NCBI GenBank assembly: GCA_905233475.1 | Contig: CAJOEN010000001.1 | Coordinates: forward strand, 62,413 to 126,412 | Direction: 5' to 3' | Source: an uncultured Bacteroidales bacterium | Lineage (GTDB): Bacteria > Bacteroidota > Bacteroidia > Bacteroidales > P3 | Length of the DNA: 64,000 nucleotides | Shown: piece by piece, positions 20,581-31,406 of the stretch | Layout: each line of letters opens with the position of its first letter | Numbering within the stretch: the stretch's first letter is position 1 | Made by a program: the position numbers and the translations under genes | The notes under the pieces: model-generated | The model's input: the letters and a program-made list of their open reading frames with translations, nothing else | Told to the model about the DNA's origin: nothing | The model's database searches: none

Positions 20581-20804
20581 AGCAAAGTTAAGTGTTTTTT
20601 TACAATTTCAGAAAAAAATTATCAAATAATTCTACAGAAAAAAAATAATTTACTGATTAACAATATGTTATATAAGAATATTTTTTGACAGATAAAATTT
20701 CCGGGGACAAAAAAGCTTTTTTTCTTTGTTTCTTGCAATTTTTGATAATTTTACGGTCACACACCACCAAACGAAAAAAATCGCACCTTTGCATTTCGAT
20801 ACCT

Positions 20805-20924
20805 CTCGAACGTAACTACCCCCTTGGCGAGGCAAAACAAAAAATCTCCGAAATAGCGGGACAGATTCTAAATCGCAAGGAATACAGCCGCCTGCGTTTC
20901 ATCCCCGACGTGGATCCGCAGTAA
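20805..20924 (+). pseudogene. priA: orphan 3' fragment of primosomal protein N' (PriA)
   Basis: LERNYPLGEAKQKISEIAGQILNRKEYSRLRFIPDVDPQ* has the PriA terminal DVDP motif and the Bacteroidota PriA tail pattern; no upstream priA body. Confidence 0.75.
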
Positions 20925-20982
20925 AACGTGCGATTTTTGACTATTTCTTGTGTATTTGCTTGAAAAACAATTGGTTGATAAT

Positions 20983-21092
20983 ATGACCCTCTATACAGAA
21001 TATGAGCTATTTACACGGGAGGTTTATCACCAATTGTCGAACTACAACAATTCAGATATCACAAACTTCAGCACAACATAAAACTAAAAGGC
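20983..21092 (+). pseudogene. truncated, frameshifted 5' remnant of an Mrr-like restriction endonuclease gene
   Basis: MTLYTEYELFTREVYHQL then, in another frame, LQHNIKLKG; resembles the EYE.FT.E.Y..L / QHN.KL.G start of this family. Confidence 0.55.
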
Positions 21093-21277
21093 TGCGTGGT
21101 GTTCCATCGGCTCTGCCAACTACGAAGGCCTGCGAACCTTATAAGTGAACTCGTGGCCGCCCCGCTTCACATTTAAGCAGTATTAAAAAACTTGAGGGTC
21201 AATTGTCACCAATAGCTGTTTTTTTTCCTCAGAGCAGTCGTGTGAAAGGTACCAGTTTCTGTCTTTTCTTCTCCTTA

Positions 21278-22540
21278 TTATTCAGATTCTTCAAAGTCTA
21301 TTCTGTCAATTAGGAACCTAAATGAAGAACTGCCGAAGCACATGTCAATTTCACTCTGGGAAAATCCCAGAAGGTCAAGTATACAGCAGGAAAGGAGTAT
21401 TTTTGCTTTTTGTGTTAGGCGGAAAAGTTCATCACCTCTGACGATTTTCTTTCCTTCATCTTCTTCATCTGGAATAAGGTGAGAGTATTTATGTCTTGTG
21501 TCTGCCATCATTTGGCAATCAATGTGACATTTTCTAACAGACTCCACTTTATCAAAATGATTTATCATCGCTTTTATCTCGTCTTCGTATTTCCGAATAT
21601 CTTTGCCATCCTTCTTATTCAGAAACCTTTTGTGATAGCCATCCAACGCCTGAGCGACAATTAAAAAATCTGGGGCGTCAAATTCGTCATAGTTTATTGA
21701 AGACAAAAGATAGTTGCAAATCTGAGAGATTTGCGGATAAATGCGATGCCAAGTGGTTAGAATTTCTGGTACCTTCTTTTGAAATTTATTAAAAGGAATT
21801 AGTGAAAAACTGTTTGGATTAACAGACATGTCGACTTTATAGAATAACTGACAGAATGAACTTTTGTCATCTTTTATCAACCATATATCAGTAGGCTCCT
21901 GTTTCGAGAAAAGAGCCAATGACAAGAATTGTGAATATTCTGTTATACAGTCAACAAAGAAACTCGGAGAAGACAACGTTGTTGTGGTAAATGACAGATA
22001 TGTCGATTGCGTAATACTCGTATCGTATTTGTCGTGTTTAAACTCAATATGTCTGTATATATGGAGCTTCGTTTTTTCATCTATTTGTGCATCGACAAGA
22101 ACGTGGTCTTGTTTTCGGGAATCCACAACAAAATCGTACACATCTTCTTCCAGCTCGGTTTTCTTCACTTTGGGAATAAAAGCCCAGTTCCGGAGATATG
22201 GATAACTGACGACGCATGTTTTAAACATAGCCTCGTGCCCAGTTTTGATATGCACCCCAACCAATACTGCATGAGCCTTAAAACTTGCCTGAAAGCACTT
22301 GGTTTCTTCAAGCATTTCTAATCCGAACACGGATATCTTACGTCCGTCAGCAACCTCTCCCCATACCACATCATACTTATCACATACTCGAAAAACAGCT
22401 GAGTTTCTTTGGTCATGATAAATCTCCAGTTTTGAAGAGCCATCCTTTTCAACTATTAATGTTCCCATACAGGCGACATCTTTGAATCGCCTTACTCCAT
22501 CCGGAGCCCACCATCTACCATGAAAAACTTGATTAGTCAT
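21278..22540 (-). CDS. ApeA-like anti-phage protein (ApeA N-terminal domain + HEPN RNase)
   Basis: G.WW.P N-terminus, QALDGYH, Rx4H motif RHKYSH, ILDLLGF C-terminal helix; AT-rich. Confidence 0.75.
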   Translation of the reverse strand: MTNQVFHGRWWAPDGVRRFKDVACMGTLIVEKDGSSKLEIYHDQRNSAVFRVCDKYDVVWGEVADGRKISVFGLEMLEETKCFQASFKAHAVLVGVHIKTGHEAMFKTCVVSYPYLRNWAFIPKVKKTELEEDVYDFVVDSRKQDHVLVDAQIDEKTKLHIYRHIEFKHDKYDTSITQSTYLSFTTTTLSSPSFFVDCITEYSQFLSLALFSKQEPTDIWLIKDDKSSFCQLFYKVDMSVNPNSFSLIPFNKFQKKVPEILTTWHRIYPQISQICNYLLSSINYDEFDAPDFLIVAQALDGYHKRFLNKKDGKDIRKYEDEIKAMINHFDKVESVRKCHIDCQMMADTRHKYSHLIPDEEDEGKKIVRGDELFRLTQKAKILLSCCILDLLGFSQSEIDMCFGSSSFRFLIDRIDFEESE

Positions 22541-22550
22541 ATATACATTG

Positions 22551-24041
22551 CTACGCTTTTAGTTTGTCTATTTCGTGTATTAGTTTCTCTATCTTCGCCA
22601 CAATGCGACGCTGCTCGGCGAGGGGTGGAAGGGGAAATGGTTTATTCTCTAAATATCCCACAACTATTCTCTGTTGATTAGCAGTACCTTTAAAAATCGC
22701 TTCGTCTATAAAGTACGAGGATTCTAGAAAAAACAACAAATACTTTCTATCAATGGTTTCCGAATATTGTCTTAAAACCTTTAGCTCTGTTGTCCCTGCG
22801 CCAATTCCATCAGGAAGTCCATCTAATATCATTGATTTTCTATTCTGAAAACAAGGTGTGATTTTAGCAAAAGCCACATCACCATCCGCAAAACATGTAA
22901 ACGTTTTTTTTATTTCACCCCATTTCCTGATATCATATGAGAATTGCGAACCATAACACGCTACTATTTTCTCCATTGGAATAAAAGCAGCCAATTGATC
23001 ATCTTTTGCTTCAACCTTAGGATTTATTTTGAATACATCGAACACTCTCACCCACGCCCAACTTTCTGGTATCTCGAATGGAATTTCGTCTTCGGTTATG
23101 GGTTTTACTTCCAGATCTTTTTTCTTGAGTTTGCCTTCTTTCACCAGACGTTGTTTTTCCTCGCGGATGCGTTCCAATAAGGCCGAAGCGGGTTCGTCGG
23201 CTGGGTCTTGCGGGACGAGTTTGCCTTGTATGGCTTCTTGGAGGATGCTCTTTTTGAGTTTTTCGGGCAGGGAGTTGTTCCATTCTTCGAGGGCTTCTTG
23301 TGTTTCGCCGTATTTCTCCACCAAAGGCATCAACTCCTCTATCTTTGCCACTATGCGGTGCTGCTCGGCAAGGGGGGGAAGAGGAACTGGCATCGCTTTT
23401 AGAACCTCAAATGGTGGAATATTCTTTATTGCAGAACCAGATCCCTTAAGTTTATTCTCAACAAGAAGAATATATTGAAAATACAACAGCCAATATGGTA
23501 TTATTGAATCAAGATGTAGTTTGGCTCTCATTAAGGCCTGATTGATAATGCCAATTGGAGCCTCCGACGGCAAAAGATAAGTTTCTCCAATAGTACCAGC
23601 GCAACTAACAATAATGTCACCCGGACGAACGGTAAACCCCGTCATCGCTTCATATTTCTCTTTTGAAATATAATACTCGCCCAAGGAATAATCCTTCTGA
23701 ATAGCATTTTTCTGTTCGTAAACCTTTACTGCTTCATCTGTATTTGGAACAAACATGGATTTAGTAAGACTACTGCCAAAAGGTCCTTTTTTATATTCAC
23801 CAAGCTCTCCCCATCTTACCCATTCCCACCCTTTAGGAATCTCAAAAGGAATCTCGTCTTCGGCAATGGGTTTCACCTCTAGGTCTTTCTTCTTCAGTTT
23901 GCCTTCTTTCACCAGTCTCGCCTTTTCGGCACGAATCTTTTCGAGCAGCACGGAGGCGGGCTCGTCGTTGGGGTCTTGGGGGACAAGTTTGCCTTGTATG
24001 GCCCACTGTAGTATACTGTTTTTTAGTTGTTTTCCGGTCAT
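22551..24041 (-). CDS. hsdS: type I restriction-modification specificity subunit
   Basis: two TRDs each preceded by SILQ.AIQGKLVPQDP.DEPAS...PFEIP..W.WVR and followed by PLPPLAEQ.RIV. Confidence 0.95.
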   Translation of the reverse strand: MTGKQLKNSILQWAIQGKLVPQDPNDEPASVLLEKIRAEKARLVKEGKLKKKDLEVKPIAEDEIPFEIPKGWEWVRWGELGEYKKGPFGSSLTKSMFVPNTDEAVKVYEQKNAIQKDYSLGEYYISKEKYEAMTGFTVRPGDIIVSCAGTIGETYLLPSEAPIGIINQALMRAKLHLDSIIPYWLLYFQYILLVENKLKGSGSAIKNIPPFEVLKAMPVPLPPLAEQHRIVAKIEELMPLVEKYGETQEALEEWNNSLPEKLKKSILQEAIQGKLVPQDPADEPASALLERIREEKQRLVKEGKLKKKDLEVKPITEDEIPFEIPESWAWVRVFDVFKINPKVEAKDDQLAAFIPMEKIVACYGSQFSYDIRKWGEIKKTFTCFADGDVAFAKITPCFQNRKSMILDGLPDGIGAGTTELKVLRQYSETIDRKYLLFFLESSYFIDEAIFKGTANQQRIVVGYLENKPFPLPPLAEQRRIVAKIEKLIHEIDKLKA

Positions 24042-24044
24042 TGT

Positions 24045-24920
24045 TTAATCCTCCTGCTCGTAATAGTATGAATAGTCAATGCCTTTCATAAAGATTTCGC
24101 GGTCGTCAATCTTGTCAGTCAACGCTCCTTTGAGCAGTTCTCGGATGCGGCTGCTGTCGGTATGGCTGGCTATCATCGCATCGAGGTAGTCTTTCTTGTC
24201 TATCCGGCTCCAATCCACACACACCTTCATCCGTTTCTTGAATATCAAGTCGAGCCAGATGCGTGTCGAGCGGCCGTTGCCCTCCATGAAAGGATGGGCG
24301 GCGTTCATCTCCACATATTTGTCCACAATTTCATCGAATGTCGTTTCCGGCATCGCCTCGACTGTTTTCAGATAGCTGTGCAGATGCTCCGCCAGACAAA
24401 ACAGCGTGTTGCCCTTGGCTATCGTCTTTGTGCGTATCTTGCCGGCAAAGTCGTAAAGGCCGCCGAACAGATAGGCGTGAATCTGCTGCAACGACTTCAC
24501 TTTTCCCACATCATTACTGGCCACAAGGTTGCTTTCCCAGAGGGTGTAGGCTTTCTTGCGGCTCTGCCCGTCGATAGTGTTGTCGCTGTAGGTAAACCAG
24601 TCGAGGAATGCACTTGCTCGGTTGTTTGGATAGTGTTTCGCCAATGTCTGCACACATTCGGTGTCCAGTGCATCGGCAGCATGGCGTTTGCCGTCGGGGG
24701 CAACAAATTTGAACTGGTTAGTGACACTAACCAGTTGGATACCGTCTTTGGCCATCTTGCCCTTCAAGTATTTCCAATAGTTGCGGGATTTAGCATAGTC
24801 CTCTTCATCGTTGATGGCCTGCACAATATCGGTTGCCGAGAACCACCACTTGCTATTTTCCTCGTCCCATACGGCTCGCACCTTATGGTCTTTATAAAAA
24901 CGGATAGATGTCTTGCTCAT
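24045..24920 (-). CDS. Fic-family adenylyltransferase with Bro-N-like N-terminal extension
   Basis: HPFMEGNGRSTR; C-terminal SYYYE; N-terminal VRAVWDE..KWWFSATDIV. Confidence 0.9.
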   Translation of the reverse strand: MSKTSIRFYKDHKVRAVWDEENSKWWFSATDIVQAINDEEDYAKSRNYWKYLKGKMAKDGIQLVSVTNQFKFVAPDGKRHAADALDTECVQTLAKHYPNNRASAFLDWFTYSDNTIDGQSRKKAYTLWESNLVASNDVGKVKSLQQIHAYLFGGLYDFAGKIRTKTIAKGNTLFCLAEHLHSYLKTVEAMPETTFDEIVDKYVEMNAAHPFMEGNGRSTRIWLDLIFKKRMKVCVDWSRIDKKDYLDAMIASHTDSSRIRELLKGALTDKIDDREIFMKGIDYSYYYEQED

Positions 24921-26443
24921 AGCGCCTCCCCGTTTATTTCAATTCCCAATATCCGCTCTATCTCGGCCAACGTGCGGTCAATCTCGTGGTCGAGGGCGGC
25001 GCGTTTCTTATAGTAGTCGGCCAGTAGCTCGGCAGGCGGCAGGATTTCTTCCTCGTCCTTGGGGAACTTGCACTGGTCGAAGTTGCAGTCCATATCGAGC
25101 AGCTGCTGAGCGGTGAAGCAGCGCGACTTTTCGTCTGTGATATTACCGTCATTGTCTTTTGTGAAGATTTCCTTGCGGTCGGTCCACCAGTCGCGGATAG
25201 GCTGACAGTGCTCCACGCGCATAGGTTTGGTCTTGCTGAAATGCTTGTAGCCTTCGGGCATGTCCAAACGATAGAACCAAGTTTTGTTGGTGCTGAATCC
25301 CTCTTGCGCGCCCTCGGCTTTCTCGTTGTTGAAGAAAAGTATATTGGTGGCAATGCTGGTGTAGGGCGAGAAGATGCTGCCGGGCAAACGGATGATGGTG
25401 TGCAGGTTGAACTCACGCAAGAGTTTTTCCTTGATGGCCAGCTTGGCGTTGTCAGTGCCAAACAGGAATCCGTCGGGCAGGATAACTGCAGCGCGACCTT
25501 TCCTGGCCAGACGATACATGATGACCACCATAAAAAGGTCGGCGGTTTCGCTCGAGGCGAGGTCGGCCGGGAAATGGCGTTTCACCTCGTTTTTCTCGTT
25601 GCCGCCGTAGGGGGGATTCATCAGGATGACGTCAAACTTGTCATCGTCGGTATAGTTCAGCACATCCTTGGTGAGCGAGTTGTCGTGCATCACCTTGGGC
25701 GAATCGATGTCGTGCAGCAGCATATTGGTAACGCACAACATGTAGGGAAACTGCTTCTTTTCTATGCCGAATATAGAGCGGGCGTAGGCTTCGCGGTCCT
25801 CGGCTGTCTTCACTTTCTTGTCGAGCTCTTTCAGCCACGAGGTGATGAAACCGCCCGTGCCACAGGCAAAGTCGGCCATCGTCTCGCCAATCTGTGGATT
25901 GACAATCTCGGCCATGAAATCGGTAAGGGCACGAGGAGTGTAGAACTCACCAGCCGAGCCGGCAGACTGCATCTCTTTAAGAATCGATTCGTAAATCTCG
26001 CCGAAAGCATGACTTTCTTCGTAGTTACTCAAATCCAATTCATCAATCACATTCAGCACCTGACGGAGCAAAACACCGTCTTTCATATATTGGTTGGCAT
26101 CCTGGAAGGTGGCACGCACTATGGCGCTTCGCATCGGAGTATTAGGGTTAACCTCAAGATTTTTCAACGTGGGGAATAGCGTGTTGTTGACGAAATCAAG
26201 CAGTTTGTCGGCTGTCAGCGCTTTTCCGTCGCCGCTGTCCTTAGCCCAATTGCGCCAGCGGCAGTTTTCAGGGATGAAAGATACATAGTTGTCCTCGTTG
26301 AATTCCCAGTCGTTCTCTTTCTCGTCGTAAACTTTCAAAAACAGCATCCAAGTAATCTGCTCAATGCGCTGGGCGTCGCCGTTGATGCCCGCATCGTTGC
26401 GCATTATGTTGCGGATGCTTTTTACAAAATTTGTAAGAGCCAT
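24917..26443 (-). CDS. hsdM: type I RM N6-adenine DNA methyltransferase
   Basis: IMR.DAG..GDAQRIEQ, GEFYTPR, DFACGTGGF, NPPY. Confidence 0.96.
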   Translation of the reverse strand: MALTNFVKSIRNIMRNDAGINGDAQRIEQITWMLFLKVYDEKENDWEFNEDNYVSFIPENCRWRNWAKDSGDGKALTADKLLDFVNNTLFPTLKNLEVNPNTPMRSAIVRATFQDANQYMKDGVLLRQVLNVIDELDLSNYEESHAFGEIYESILKEMQSAGSAGEFYTPRALTDFMAEIVNPQIGETMADFACGTGGFITSWLKELDKKVKTAEDREAYARSIFGIEKKQFPYMLCVTNMLLHDIDSPKVMHDNSLTKDVLNYTDDDKFDVILMNPPYGGNEKNEVKRHFPADLASSETADLFMVVIMYRLARKGRAAVILPDGFLFGTDNAKLAIKEKLLREFNLHTIIRLPGSIFSPYTSIATNILFFNNEKAEGAQEGFSTNKTWFYRLDMPEGYKHFSKTKPMRVEHCQPIRDWWTDRKEIFTKDNDGNITDEKSRCFTAQQLLDMDCNFDQCKFPKDEEEILPPAELLADYYKKRAALDHEIDRTLAEIERILGIEINGEAL

Positions 26444-26481
26444 AGGTAATTGAACAATGATAGTTTATTATAAAAGGTTGT

Positions 26482-28839
26482 TTATGCGATATTTGTATAA
26501 ATTAATGTTTCCAGTTCTTTCACTGCGTCGAGATACTGTTTGTTGCCGCCAAACATTTTGGCAATGTTGGCTGGAGAGCCCATCTTTCGAAATGGGTCGA
26601 GGCTTAGCACCTTGCGGTTTTCCAATTGACTGATACCTTCATTCATATATTTGTCGAGCAGGGCGTCGAGCACCTTCTGGGCCTTTGGTCCGTATTTACT
26701 GAAAATGTCACGTTTTTTCACATTCTCCGCACGTTCGCGACGTGTGAGGGGTTTCTTGCCGTAGGCGATATGGCAGATAAAATCAAAATCGTCAACATCG
26801 GCCATGCCTTGGTCTTCCTTCAAAGCCTGCAGGTCAATACCATTATCAAGCAGCAAATCCGTGATTTCGGCTTTCTTTTCGGCGGCATTCCATTGTTGTA
26901 TAAAATCGTCAAAGTTGGCGTATGTTTCGTTGATGTTCTTCTTGGTATAGTCGGTGATGCTTTCGGTGCGGAGCAGCTTTCCGTCGGAATCGTAAACCGA
27001 CACTACCCTTTTTATTATTTCCACCCTGCAACCGTTGCGGTCAACGATGGGTTTTGGTTCTGCCACAGATGTTGTTTCGGCTGGGTCGGTGGGATAAGGT
27101 TTGGGGCTATTGTTGTCGTGTTCGTTTTCTTTACCATAACCGTCATCCACCTCGATAGGTCCATCCCAATCGGGATCGGCAAACAGGCGAGTGATGTTGC
27201 GGAAATCCATAATGAAGAAGTGTGTCTTCCCTTCTTTTTCACGGATACGCGTACCTCGGCCTATAATCTGCTTGAACTCCGTCATGGAGTTGATGTTTTG
27301 GTCGAGCACTATGAGCTTCACCATTTTGCAGTCCACACCAGTGGAGAGCAGTTTGCTTGTTGTGGCGATGACAGGATATTCTGATGAAACGGAGATGAAA
27401 TAGTCAAGTTTGCTTTTCCCATATTCGTCGGTACCAGTGATGCGCACAACGTAATCGGGATTTTTCTTGCACATATCCGAGTTTTCGTTGACCAATGCCA
27501 CTCTCATTCTTTCAGCATGGTCTTCGTTGGCGCAGAAAACAATGGTTTTGTTCATTCTGCCCGTTTGTTTCAGATAGGCAGTTATTTCGTGTGCTACCTC
27601 ACGTATGCGGTCTTCAATGATTATATTGTAGTCGTAGTCGGTATTGTTATAAATGCGGTCTTCGATAAGATTTCCAAAGATGTCGCGCTGTCCTTTGGTA
27701 GGTCGCCATTCATCGCCGATGTTGGTTTTGATGTTTATTACCTTATATGGTGCCAAAAAACCATCGTCGATACCCTGTTTCAAACTATATGAATATAGGG
27801 GTTCGCCAAAATAGGTGATATTAGACTGGTAGCGTGTTTCCTTAGGAGTTGCAGTCATACCAAGTTGGATAGCTCCTTCGAAATATTCGAGTATTTCACG
27901 CCAGTTGCTGTCGTCCTTTGCACTGCCACGATGGCACTCATCAACAATCACCATATCGAAGAATTCCGGTTTGAAAAGCTCCTTGTAATTCTGCTTACCA
28001 CCTTCGCCGATAAGTTGCTGGTAAAGAGAGAAATATATTTCGTGGGCGGTAGTTTTGGAATCTTTGTCATGCTGGTAGTTGACCTTATGGATAACATTGG
28101 CGAGAGGTTTGAAATCCTGCTCAATAGATTGATCGACCAACACATTTCTATCAGCAAGGTAGAGTACCTTTTTAATTATATCGGCCTTTAGCAGACGATA
28201 CACGATTTGAAAAGCTGTATATGTCTTTCCCGTGCCAGTAGCCATTACGAGCAGCATGCGCTTCTGACCACGAGCTACCGCATCCACAGTTCGGTTGACG
28301 GCATTGCGCTGGTAATAACGCGGCGGAAAGATGTCTTGTCCGGAGCAAAAAGGTTGATTTATCACCTTCAATTCATCGTCGGTAAAGCCTTTGCCTTCGT
28401 TGCTTTCTGCAAGAAAACGTGCATATAATTCTTTTTTTGTAGGAAACTGATCCATGGCAAAAGATCGTTCTTTACCCGTGAGAAAGTCGTATTCCTGAAA
28501 ACCAAATCCGTTGGAACTAAAAGCAAAAGGTATGTCCATCATCGAGGCATACTCCTTGGCCTGTTGCATACCATAACTAACCGAATGATTGGCATCCTTG
28601 GCTTCCACAATGGCAATGGGCGTAGCTGGATTGTAATACAACATATAGTCGGCAAATTTCGGCTTTTCACGAACCACAAAATTGCCTTTGATATTTACTT
28701 TGCCGTCGGTAAGTTTTATTTTTGTCTCCATCGTGATATCCGTCACCAACCACCCCTTATTCTGAATAGCAGGGGTGATGTATCGCAGTTTTATGTCTTC
28801 TTCCGACAACTGTTTGTTTTGTAAAGTGATTTTTGTCAT
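26482..28839 (-). CDS. hsdR: type I restriction enzyme subunit R (EcoAI-like)
   Basis: ADY...IVEAK nuclease motif, MATGTGKT, VDECHRG, MTATP, QIIGRGTR, LTRRERA C-terminal domain. Confidence 0.96.
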   Translation of the reverse strand: MTKITLQNKQLSEEDIKLRYITPAIQNKGWLVTDITMETKIKLTDGKVNIKGNFVVREKPKFADYMLYYNPATPIAIVEAKDANHSVSYGMQQAKEYASMMDIPFAFSSNGFGFQEYDFLTGKERSFAMDQFPTKKELYARFLAESNEGKGFTDDELKVINQPFCSGQDIFPPRYYQRNAVNRTVDAVARGQKRMLLVMATGTGKTYTAFQIVYRLLKADIIKKVLYLADRNVLVDQSIEQDFKPLANVIHKVNYQHDKDSKTTAHEIYFSLYQQLIGEGGKQNYKELFKPEFFDMVIVDECHRGSAKDDSNWREILEYFEGAIQLGMTATPKETRYQSNITYFGEPLYSYSLKQGIDDGFLAPYKVINIKTNIGDEWRPTKGQRDIFGNLIEDRIYNNTDYDYNIIIEDRIREVAHEITAYLKQTGRMNKTIVFCANEDHAERMRVALVNENSDMCKKNPDYVVRITGTDEYGKSKLDYFISVSSEYPVIATTSKLLSTGVDCKMVKLIVLDQNINSMTEFKQIIGRGTRIREKEGKTHFFIMDFRNITRLFADPDWDGPIEVDDGYGKENEHDNNSPKPYPTDPAETTSVAEPKPIVDRNGCRVEIIKRVVSVYDSDGKLLRTESITDYTKKNINETYANFDDFIQQWNAAEKKAEITDLLLDNGIDLQALKEDQGMADVDDFDFICHIAYGKKPLTRRERAENVKKRDIFSKYGPKAQKVLDALLDKYMNEGISQLENRKVLSLDPFRKMGSPANIAKMFGGNKQYLDAVKELETLIYTNIA

Positions 28840-29070
28840 ATATATATAACGAAAGCCAGTTATAATATATACTGTTGATGATTTGAGTTTTTCATCTGCA
28901 AAAATACGAACTTTTATGGAATTTTCAAAGTTTTTTTGGAAAAAATCTTTTACTCAACTTTTTACATAACTTATCACTTTTTCACAAAAAAATCGATTCC
29001 GAATTCATAATTCCGAAATCCGAATTAAAAAAAATCGTATCTTTGCACTTTCAACAAAAACCAAAATCTC

Positions 29071-30749
<1,679 letters not shown>

Positions 30750-30750
<1 letters not shown>

Positions 30751-31406
30751 TGAAACGGCTTGCACTGATTTTTGCCGCTTTATTGCTGAGTATAAACACA
30801 TTGTCAGCACAAAGCCTCGACTATGTAAAAATCAAGGCTTTCGTGGATATGAATATCGACGCTTTTCCAAAAAGCACTTTGCAGGACATATACAAAAGTT
30901 TTTATCAGGCGGTGTACGGACCGGAACACCTTGTTACCGATTCCGCCAAGGTCATAGCCTATATCGAAGAAGAACTGAAACAGGATTTCGACAACAAATT
31001 CCCCACGGTGCAGTATCTGGGCATTTCGGACAAATTTGTCAGGGTAAACCTCGACATAATAGGGGCCGAAGAAACACGCATTTCCACAGAAATGCTTGCC
31101 GACTGTTTTATGCGGTCGTCGCAAACAAAGGGCGACATGCCTATCGAGGAATTTCGCTCGCAGTGGAGGCTGGTGGTGGATTATATCATAAGCAGCGACA
31201 TACAGCTCGACAATTTCAGTCAGGACTCGCTTTATATCGAAAGCATCCTTGCCCAAGGCCAATACGTGTGGGTGCACTCGCCGCAGTACAAGGCCGAGTA
31301 CAAGCCGCACTACCGCGTTGTTACAAAAGAAATTTTCGAACAAGTGATATTTCCAGAGCTCCGTGCCTTTTCAAGAGTAAGGCCCCGTCCGGCGAACGCC
31401 TTTTAG
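30750..31406 (+). CDS. exported conserved hypothetical protein
   Basis: ATG overlaps the ettA stop (TAATG); signal peptide; PKSTLQDIYKS.YQ..YGP.HL and HS..YK..YKPHYRVV. Confidence 0.8.

Larger units (their letters stand above)
20805..28906. mobile_element. putative defence island (no integrase present)
   Basis: clustered RM/Fic/HEPN genes plus gene remnants at the left edge; boundaries inferred. Confidence 0.5.

Noticed and set aside
22551..24041. phase-variable hsdS shufflon
   Set aside because: only one hsdS; no silent copies, inverted repeats or recombinase seen
28996..29026. three TCCGAA words upstream of ettA
   Set aside because: too short and irregularly spaced to support a function
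20773..29053. att-like direct repeat between 20773-20797 and the ettA promoter at about 29029-29053
   Set aside because: the similarity (AAAAAAATCGYAYCTTTGCA) is just the generic Bacteroidota -7 promoter context, so it is not diagnostic
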